A DNA stretch of 64,000 nucleotides from Chrysomallon squamiferum (taxonomy: Eukaryota; Animalia; Mollusca), in assembly GCA_012295275.1 (NCBI GenBank), contig CM022669.1, positions 14,694,001 to 14,758,000 of the forward strand, given 5' to 3'. The notes under the pieces were generated by a model, which did not search any database, had not been told where the DNA came from, and worked only from the letters and a program-made list of their open reading frames with translations. The stretch's first letter is position 1; every line of letters begins with the position of its first letter. Positions 54,895-64,000 of this stretch are shown here, one piece after another. A program made the position numbers and the translations under genes.

Positions 54895-57800
54895 TATTTA
54901 AGTTTAATATTTCCAGCAAAATAAGCAGAGAACTAGTTATTTGGACAGCAACACATATGGACACATGGAACACACATAGAGTATAATAAGAGCATGTGAA
55001 TGGCAAAGCATTAAGCTGTTGCAGTGTTAGCTGCAGTATCAGTTCCCATAAAGACCCCTGTTTAATTATTTTTACATTCCAGCTGATGCCCCACAATACA
55101 AAGATCATGACATGTGCTGTAGTGTATGTATGAAAATGTGTGTAAAAGCTAAACAAGCAAGTTTATCATATTTCAGGCAGTAAAGCCAGGCTTTTCCTAC
55201 AAAGTTAATACTGGCATGCAAATTAATCATATTTCCCATTTTGTAAAGAAATACTTTCCTATTACATTACTCAGCAGCTTAATACTTATATGCAAGTTAA
55301 ATACAAGTACACCAGCATTTCTTATCCAGTTATTTAACAAAAATAACACTAACATGCAAGTTAATCATATTTCATAGTCAGTACACCAGCATTTCTTATC
55401 CAGTTATTTAACAAAAATAACACTAACATGCAAGTTAATCATATTTCATAGTCAGTACACCAGCATTTCTTATCCAGTTATTTAACAAAAATAACACTAA
55501 CATGCAAGTTAATCATATTTCATAGTCAGTACACCAGCATTTCTTATCCAGTTATTTAACAAAAATAACACTCACGTGCAAGTTAATCATATTTTATAGT
55601 CAGTACACCAAGCATTTATCCAGTTATTTAACAAAAATAACACTCACATGCAAGTTAATCATATTTCATTTACACAAGCATTTATCCAGTTATTTAACAA
55701 AAATAACACTCACATGCAAGTTAATATTTCACAGTCAGTAATGAAAACCCTTCCCATTACATTACTTAGCTGCAATAACACAGACATGCACGTTAAATAC
55801 AATTGATAATAAAGCAAGACCTTGATGTGCTTAAGATACTTAACAAGAGTATCAACAGCAAACAAGTTATTTACATTTCCTACTCAAAATATCAACACCT
55901 TAGTATAAAGTTCTTTAACAACAATGATACTGACATGCTTAGTCAGTTTGAACATACCAACATCTTCTTAAGTTACTTAGCAAAATTAACACTGACATGC
56001 AAGTTAATTATATTTTGTGGTCAGTAAAACAAGAACTTGGTATTAAGTTACCTAGCTCTAGCAAGCTAGTTAATCAGATTTCATAGCAAAACAACCACAT
56101 CAACACCTTCTTGTTAAGCTACTTAGCAACAATGACACTGACAAGCTTTCCAGTACTTCTTACGTTACAGATAAACACAACACACCTTTTCCGTTTTTTG
56201 ATTTCTTGTTTGAATTACTTGTGACAGCAGTTTGCTCCTTTCCTGCGTTCGTAAGAAGTAAATAAACTGTTTGAATAAACCGTCATTAACTGCTCGTTTT
56301 ACCTTGTTCATTTTGTTTTTCATTAAATAGGTTTCTCCGTGTAGAATATCAGGCAGGCATGCATGCACACACACATATGCATGTACATAAAACCAAGAAT
56401 ATTCAAATCCTAAAATACACACACACACATATATATATATATATACAACAATCCCTGACACTTATTTGGGCTTTGGCCAGTGGTTACTGTTATTATACTA
56501 AAGGCATAAACTTGCAAGTTTTGTATATACTTTGATGTTTTTCAACCAAATATAACCCAGTGGTATTTTCTTTTTAGTGTGCTGAAATTCAAGCCTATTA
56601 ATAAACAATGACAAAACCATTTGGTCTTGTGTTTTCTTTCTTGTATACATCACAATACCATTAGACAACAAAGTAACAAACATAGGCTAAACAAATTATT
56701 TTCTGTTGTGTTTTTTTTTCCACTAAGACACTTACCTGTACCTTTTGCTTGAGGACAGTTACTAGCTTTGTGTCCAAATTCCTTACAGTTGAAACATTCT
56801 GTAGTGAATAAAATGCCACTAATCAATACAATAGATTTTATTTCACATGTATAATACAGATAATATTATTTGTATTACAGTTACTGCTTGACTCTATCAT
56901 GTAAGTATAAATCCAGATATTATTTATATTTAACTGACATATTTTGCAAATATTTTGACTTACCGAAACCTAAGTTTTATTTATGTTTTACTTTTATATT
57001 CATTTTTGTGAATTTTATTAATATTTTATTGAACAAACAAAATATTAGATATGATCTTTCACACAGATTTGCATTTTTTAATAAAGAACACTTATCTGAA
57101 GTCCAGGTTATTTTTTTAATTTTTTTTATTTAATTATGAGATATTTAAACATATTACGAATATTTTTACTTAATAAAAACCCAGGTTTTATTTATACTGT
57201 ATTTAATATAAATAGAATCAGAAATATATTGGATGGATATGTATTTTTAACAAGAATATTATTTCTTACCTGAAGCCCAGGGAAGTGGACATTCAGATGC
57301 CTTGTGTCCAGGACTCGTACAGTTGAAACATCCTGTAAAACATAATGTTAAAAAAATACATATATCTGCACTTGTAAGTCAATTGAAAAATTATTAAGTG
57401 CCATTTTCAAATTAGTGGTGTCTTTTTCCCAAATGTCACTTTGCAGATATTAGCTTTTGCTTTCATCTGGTTTAAGTGTTAAATTAATTTTAATAACATC
57501 TTCAACCAGCAGTTTATAATTAAAATAAAATAAATAAAAAAGATGAAAAGGAAATAAATTATATATTGCCAATGATTATAACTATTTATTAATAACAAAG
57601 GCTGTACAGAAAGAGTGAAATAAATCTATATTTGGCTCAACATTTTTTTATTTATTATTATTATTACTATTATTTTTTTGCTCCTGCCTAAAATAATTTA
57701 AGAATAAATATCAAACATCATCTTGTATATTTAAATCACATATTCCTAAATTTGTGTTTTTTACCATCGTTTTTTGTAGTGTTCTTTTGCTGAACAGATT

Positions 57801-59057
57801 TGCCAGTTTTTTTCTTCTCATCAGCGACATGCATGTCATAGTCTGAAGAGTATTTCTGCAAAGCTGCCAGTGCACCACTCTTTGTTCTGTATCTTATGAA
57901 CACCCATCTGCAAACAGTCAGAGAGTTGTTATAAAATACTAAGATTACAAATCCTAATAAATAAACAAACAAACAAACATATAAATAATTTTTATTCTTT
58001 TCAAAATTAAGAAACCAGTAACATTAACATCCAAAACTGTCATAGTAAACGAAAATATCCATATTTTAAAATGGTATTTTTACATGTGCATGTGTTTATG
58101 CATCATGTACATATGTCATACATATGTATGTGTGTGTGTGTATTTATGTATGCATGTATGTATACATATGTATATGCTTTCATGCAATTAGACAAGTAGA
58201 TAGGTTCTCTGACAATACAAAAATAAAATGTAAAAAATCAAAAACAATTTATGATTTTTATATCAATATAACAATGAAAAGCTAAAGAAAACAATAAATA
58301 AATATCACAAATACAGAACCTGCTGGTCAAATTAATTTCACCTATTTCACCAACATCACCAAATTTTTTCTTTAGATACTGAAAAGCAAAATGTAGTAAT
58401 TAGTAGATGACGAACTTAATAATAATTGTTATAAATAAACAAACAAACAAATAAATAAACAAATAAATAAATAAATAAAAGAATGTATTTTAATTTACAA
58501 AAAAAGTGATCAGCAAAACAAATAGGACAATAATAATTTAAAAAAAAAGAAAAAATGAAGAATGAAATGTATTCATTCCCGATATGATATATTATTATTA
58601 TTTTTATTTTATATACTATTTTTTTATACAGTATTTTTTTCTATTATTATTGTTATTAAATTCAGATACTATTACATGAAAGGAAGATAAACCTGGATTT
58701 TAACAGTTTTAAACTGGCAGGTAAAATGTAACACGATGAATTCTGGGTGTTTAATTTTGCCTACCTCTTTGTCAGTACTCTCTACCAGTTCTATCTTAAA
58801 ACACAGCGTGTATAAACCATAAGAGTTAGGAACCAGTTTCTTAGCGTCATCTGTCTCTGGAATACCATTTCCTTAAGAATAATAATAACAGTAGTAGTAG
58901 TAATAATAATAATAATCTTAATAATGAAAATAATGATGATGATGTTAATGATAATGATAATGATATTAATAATGTTAATGATAATAATCACAGCAAAAAT
59001 AAGTTACAGAAAATATTTAATTTTTAATGCATTAGAATATTAAATTTTCTTTTATTA

Positions 59058-59090
<33 letters not shown>

Positions 59091-62000
59091 CAGTTTTTAT
59101 CAATGAAATTTACTCAGTAATGTAAAATATTTTATGACATTCAGTTTGATAGAAATACACATGTATACAGGCAAGCAAGACACACACACAAACACACACA
59201 TCCCTCTAAATCCATGCAACACAAATACCAAAACAAGACATATGTTTCTAATACGGTATATTTACTTGAAAGATATTTAAGCTGCACACACACACACACT
59301 CACATTCATTCACCAATACAAATGCGCACAGTATATTTGTCTATGCCATTTACTTTTACTGTCAGAATATGCCACGCTGCCCTGAGCTTTTTTGGCTGCC
59401 ATTGACATGTATGTGTTTGGGTCTCCAACTCCAAAGATTTTATACGCCATTTCTTTTTGAGAATATTCAAATCTAAAACATAACAAATTTTATGAAGTAA
59501 AACAATCTTCATTAATGCCCTCAGTAAAGAACATAAAAGTCCCAAATTATTTTGCATCTATAGACATACAATTATCAGCAGCATGCTAAACTACACTGAT
59601 CAGTAACAATACTAGTATTTAAATTTGTACATTTATGCTTGGAATAAATAGCTGAAATTTAGTTTTTGAGGGGGTTGTTGTTATCAAAATCTATTTAGTA
59701 ATAACTGGTGAAATATCAGGGAAAAAGGCTAAAGAAATACCAATAAAGAATTGCGCTTTAAAAAATAAAATAAAAGGTTATCAAGTTATCTAAATGTAAT
59801 AAATGAATGCTCAAACATTAGGAAAAGATACACCACATTGTTCTTAAATTATTCTCTATCATTCTATGTCACATTATTTCTATTTCTAATCATTTCATGA
59901 TTCAGGTTTAGAATTAGGATAAGGGTCATTCCGTGTCAAATCACCCAATGGTTTAAACCCGACCGTCTCAGATTTTTATGAAACTTGGTATACTTGTTGA
60001 CTGGGATCCCACAGCACCAAATCTGAAATTTTAGCTCAATCAGACCAGTGGTGTGGGAGATACGGCCCACCGAATTTTGAGATTTTTGCCAAAAATGGGT
60101 GTGACCACCAACCTTAGAACCCTTATATCTCAGGAACTACTGGGCCAATCTTCATAAAATTGGTATTGTTAGAAAGGCAAAATGACAAGGATACCAAATC
60201 TGCCATTTTTGTTTAGTTTGGAAAATATTGGAGTACCTTGACCTTTTGACCTTTGCTATGACCTTGAAATTGACCGTGTGGATCACGTGATCTTGAGATG
60301 ACCTTTATTGAAATTTAATCTCCCACATGTTAACTAAAACATATAAAAGTTTCCTGGGTGTAATATTTTTTGTTTAGCCACAATATAGATTTAAAAAATG
60401 CACATACATGAAAATAACACCTTTTCAGCCATTAACATCTGATTAACTAAAACCTGAATGATCAATTCTGGATGCTAGGAATCACCATCTTTCTTGATCA
60501 TCAAGTAAGACATGTATGCATAAAGTTCACATATAAAAGTTTCCTGGGTATAATATTTTTTGTTCAGCCATAATAGAGATTTAAAAAAATGCATACCTGC
60601 ATGGATGATTGATACAATTCATTACAATGTACATTTTCTCTGAGACTAAAAACTCATCTTTGGAGTTAAAACCCACCTGACGTGTCTGAAGGAATGCCTG
60701 AAGGATATGAAAAGATGCCAGATGGCATGACATGTTCTACACAATCAGGCTCAAAGGGTTAACAGGAAGTGATGCTTCAGGCAGGTCAGGAAATCCTTTA
60801 GATTCCCTGGTGCAATCCCCATTGAGCACATGGCAATTAGAAGTTTAAGACAAAGAAGTTTCTTCATCTGCATTTCTTTGACAATCTGAAGCTTTTTAAG
60901 TTGGACACAATGTCAGATTTTGATATATAAACAATATTTTTATTTCATAAAACCTATTAAGTAATTTTATCATGTCATGTGGGCCTTGCCATTGGTTTTG
61001 AACAAGGTTTCAGTCAACAACAGTACAACCCAGTCTGAAATCAGACGTCATCAAGTGATGTACTGCATAATGTATTTGTACACCCAGTCTTCGGCACAGA
61101 GTATGAACAAGGTCTACTTCACCTTAATAAACTGTGATTTATACTTGAGAAGATTGACATAAATGCCCAAGACGTGTGGGCCTTTGGCAATAACACATGT
61201 ACTCTGCTGCCATTTTATGACCTGCTTTACTTTACTGAAAGGGTTTCAGGATTTGATTTAATACTTAGGAAAGCACTGACTTTGTTCTATTGAATTGAAG
61301 GTGCAGGCCAATACTGAAAATCCTTATTTCTTCCAGGGCTAACTGCAGCTTTAACTCTCCTGAAAATGTGTGTTATCAACACCATCATATCAAAAAGGAG
61401 TTGTTGCGAAGTGTATGGAAAACTGAGGAAGTCGAACTCCTCACTCTTTGAAGTGGGATCAAAACACGGGACATCAAGAGTATCATGAACAAGAACTTTT
61501 CAACATTGCAGAAAAGCTGTTGTGATCCCCTTAATCGCCACCCTGAGCAAGCACGCACTAGATCTTTAAGAATTGTTAGCATGGGCACTTATAAATGCTT
61601 AGTAAATCCTCCAAAGACACTAGTGCCAGGAGACAAGTTGTGCTGTGACTGTCTGATTACCCTTCAGAAATCAAAGGTCCTGCAGAGGATGGCTTTAGTA
61701 TGGGTAGTATTACAATGGGAGAATTTGGTGATAACTTGCCAGACAAACCGCTGGTTGTTGTTTCCCCAGAAAAGGACTTTGATTTGAATTCTATTCTGTC
61801 GAGTTTAGGCGAAACTCCTGTCAAACTCCATTCACTAGCACATTCCAGTAAATGAATGAAAGGACAGAAAAAAACTAGCATCAGCTACAGTAACATTAAA
61901 ACGACATCTTAATGTCTGAATCCTACCCAGAGTGTGTGCAAATCTTGATTTTGTCACCCTTTACCATTGAAAGGACAATGAATTGAAGGAGGAAATAATC

Positions 62001-63162
62001 CAATTTTATGAAAGTGATGAGAACAGTAGAATGTGTCTGGGAATGAAGGATACAGTGAGCATTTGAAACAAACATAGTGAGAAGGTTAAGCATCAGAAAC
62101 ACTTAGTTCTCTCAAATTTATGTGAACTTTATGCATACATGTAGGCCTACAATGTCTTACTCGATGATCAAGAAAGATGGTGATCCCTAGCATCCAGAAT
62201 TGATCATTCAGGTTTTAGTTAATCAGATGTTAATGGCTGAAAAGGTGTTATTTTCATGTATGTGCATTTTTTAAATCTATATTGTGGCTAAACAAAAAAT
62301 ATTACACCCAGGAAACTTTTATATGTTTTAGTTAACATGTGGGAGATTAAATTTCAATAAAGGTCATCTCAAGATCACGTGATCCACACGGTCAATTTCA
62401 AGGTCATAGCAAAGGTCAAAAGGTCAAGGTACTCCAATATTTTCCAAACTAAACAAAAATGGCAGATTTGGTATCCTTGTCATTTTGCCTTTCTAACAAT
62501 ACCAATTTTATGAAGATTGGCCCAGTAGTTCCTGAGATATAATGGTTCTAAGGTTGGTGGTCACACCCATTTTTGGCAAAAATCTCAAAATTCGGTGGGC
62601 CGTATCTCCCACACCACTGGTCTGATTGAGCTAAAATTTCAGATTTGGTGCTGTGGGATCCCAGTCAACAAGTATACCAAGTTTTATAAAAATCTGAGAC
62701 GGTCGGGTTTAAATTTCCTTTTTTTTGGGGTGATTTGACACGGAATGACCCATAAGCATTATGTTTAGGTATGATAAAATAATTCATCTTTATAATATTA
62801 TACAAAGATTTTGGTTTACATTTTTTTTTTAATCCAGTTTAAATATAATATACAGTATATTTCATTTTTATTATTATCTTTTCTTTTCTGTTGTATCATA
62901 TATAGACAGAGAGGTATATATTTTTTTTAATTTGTTATTTATTTATATATATATGAATATATTGTTTTTACCTTGCATATTCTGGAATAGCATTTATAAA
63001 ACCTTCAATATCATGAAAGCCATACTGAACATAGTTCAGTTTTTCCTGTACCAGGGTTCTGTAATCTTTGAGGAACTGGGATGCAACTACTCCCCCTATT
63101 TTTGAAAGCAGCACTGCTCTGACGTTCTTTTTCACTACATCAGGTATGTCTGATGCAGACAT
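47918..63162 (-). CDS. LOTUS(OST-HTH) - RRM - 2x CCHC zinc knuckle - RRM - RRM - extended Tudor protein; putative germ-granule/piRNA factor, 754 aa (773 aa with an optional exon)
   Basis: 19 phase-consistent GT-AG exons: 62972-63162, 59360-59472, 58765-58871, 58320-58378, 57765-57907, 57270-57332, 56736-56798, 54535-54570, 53981-54033, 52863-52933, 52570-52703, 51643-52040, 51139-51215, 50403-50572, 49628-49821, 49266-49384, 48914-49068, 48413-48492, 47918-47956 (2265 nt, open frame). A possible extra symmetric exon is 56186-56242. Motifs: LOTUS (VRAVLLSKIGGV..FLKDYRTLV..LNYVQYGFHDIEGFINAIPE), RNP motifs (RWVFIRY; VFVGNI/FAFVTV; IFVGNF/KAYVWL), two CX2CX4HX4C knuckles, and Tudor (CAAKFGNEWYRAWI..VLVFFLDYGN). 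Confidence 0.85.
55307..55740. repeat. 74-bp minisatellite (~6 copies), with degenerate copies extending over ~55150-56150
   Basis: Unit GTACACCAGCATTTCTTATCCAGTTATTTAACAAAAATAACACTAACATGCAAGTTAATCATATTTCATAGTCA recurs at 55381, 55455 and 55529 (74-bp spacing). Confidence 0.9.
59923..62751 (+). mobile_element. Non-autonomous (internally deleted) Sola2-like DNA transposon, 2829 bp
   Basis: Termini are GGGTCATTCCGTGTCAAATCACCC...GGGTGATTTGACACGGAATGACCC. Near-identical long TIRs span 59923-~60533 and ~62119-62751. A 4-bp TSD ATAA lies at 59919-59922 and 62752-62755. 5'-GRG termini, a 4-bp TSD and long TIRs are established Sola2 traits. Confidence 0.85.
61337..62135 (+). pseudogene. Degenerate 5' part of a Sola-type transposase
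   Basis: Broken frames give NCSFNSPENVCYQHH...EEVELLTL*SGI...QKSCCDPLNRH...LVPGDKLCCDC and IQFYESDENSRMCLGMKDTVSI*...KHQKHLVLSNLCELY. These resemble the Cys/His-rich N-terminus and the FY..D..SR..PG.KD / KQKRL.L.NL.ELY blocks of Sola2 transposases as I recall them. Stops and frameshifts are present and no DDD catalytic core is visible. Confidence 0.7.
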
Positions 63163-63619
63163 TTTAAATAACTTTTTCTTTAGTATGTATCTGAAAAATT
63201 AAATATTCAAATACAAAGTACGTACACTACATATTAATGTGTTTAATTACATCAGACTGATTAACGATTAGTAAAATTGAAACAACATTTGACATTATTT
63301 GATTTCCCTTTGAAATAATTACTTTTTATTTTAGTTAATCATTTTTTTTAATTTTAGTTTTGTAAACACATATTTCAATCTCAAAAATGAAATTATCATA
63401 ATAATGATTATCGATATGATGAATATCATGTTTTGAAAGTAAAACTTCACTGAAGTCTCCAGTCGACTCTTTCAAGCTGTATTATTCAATAAAATGCTAT
63501 ATCAATGTCATTTAAACACTTATACTAATATTTGTGCCAAACATTAACAGAATTTCCAAATAAGAATGATTAATTAACAAACCTCTAGAAGTTATTATGG
63601 AACAATTTTATAAACATCG

Positions 63620-63665
63620 AAAACGCCGCCACCATAAAGCCATTAGAGACAAAACGGAAGTTGAA
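63620..63665 (-). promoter_or_regulatory. Probable promoter/TSS region of the LOTUS-RRM-Tudor gene
   Basis: Local CpG enrichment and an ETS core CGGAAGT (63655-63661). A candidate minus-strand donor near 63581 and an acceptor at 63191 would give a non-coding exon 1. Confidence 0.4.
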
Positions 63666-64000
63666 ATTTTCTCGTTACTTTGTACCAAAAAAGCGATGCT
63701 GCCCATACATAATAGTTGTAATAAACTGTTAACTATTATTGTCCCCCAATAAAGAACAAAAATAATATAAAATCATAGAAATGGCATTTTGAGATCTGCT
63801 CAAAATGAAATAGTAAAAAGTTTAAATAAAAAAACAAACAAACAAAATAATTATTAAAATTTCATTCTGGAGTGATTTAAGATAAATTATTTAATCTTTA
63901 TACTAATAATTATATCAAATTGTAGATTCTAGTATCCTAGTATCCTAACGAGATTTCTAAGCATTTATGAAGAAATGTTTAATGTAATCTTTTTTACCGA

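Noticed and set aside
55307-55740. Regularly spaced repeats as a possible CRISPR-like array
   Set aside because: Units are contiguous 74-bp copies with no unique spacers, there are no cas genes, and the context is a eukaryotic intron.
47918-63162. Assigning the symbol TDRD5, TDRD7, TDRD10 or vret
   Set aside because: The domain set matches none of these fully, and orthology needs a phylogeny.

Overview
AT-rich, intron-rich animal genomic DNA. It is probably an invertebrate such as a mollusc; that is inferred from composition and gene style only. There are no prokaryotic features. Six spliced protein-coding genes were reconstructed by hand from splice sites and reading-frame phase: (1) a CCPG1/PBXIP1-like ER-phagy receptor (-, 4175-11516), head-to-head with (2) PARP16 (+, 13690-17637); (3) ARMC6 (-, 20022-22799); (4) the NMD helicase DHX34 (-, 24635-39696), head-to-head with (5) a coiled-coil + tandem-RWD kinetochore-type protein (+, 41331-46650; Zwint-1/Sos7-like, tentative); and (6) a ~754-773 aa protein with the architecture LOTUS - RRM - 2x CCHC knuckle - RRM - RRM - extended Tudor (-, 47918-63162). 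Gene 6 is the best candidate for an undescribed germ-granule/piRNA component. A 2.8-kb Sola2-type DNA transposon with ~0.6-kb TIRs sits in the intron that splits its LOTUS domain. Also present: a hAT MITE with a perfect 8-bp TSD, a triplicated splice acceptor in PARP16, two predicted GC-AG introns in gene 5, uORFs upstream of DHX34, and a 1-nt frameshift in the CCPG1-like gene that is probably an assembly error. Exon models and family calls come from manual reading and motif recognition, not database searches.
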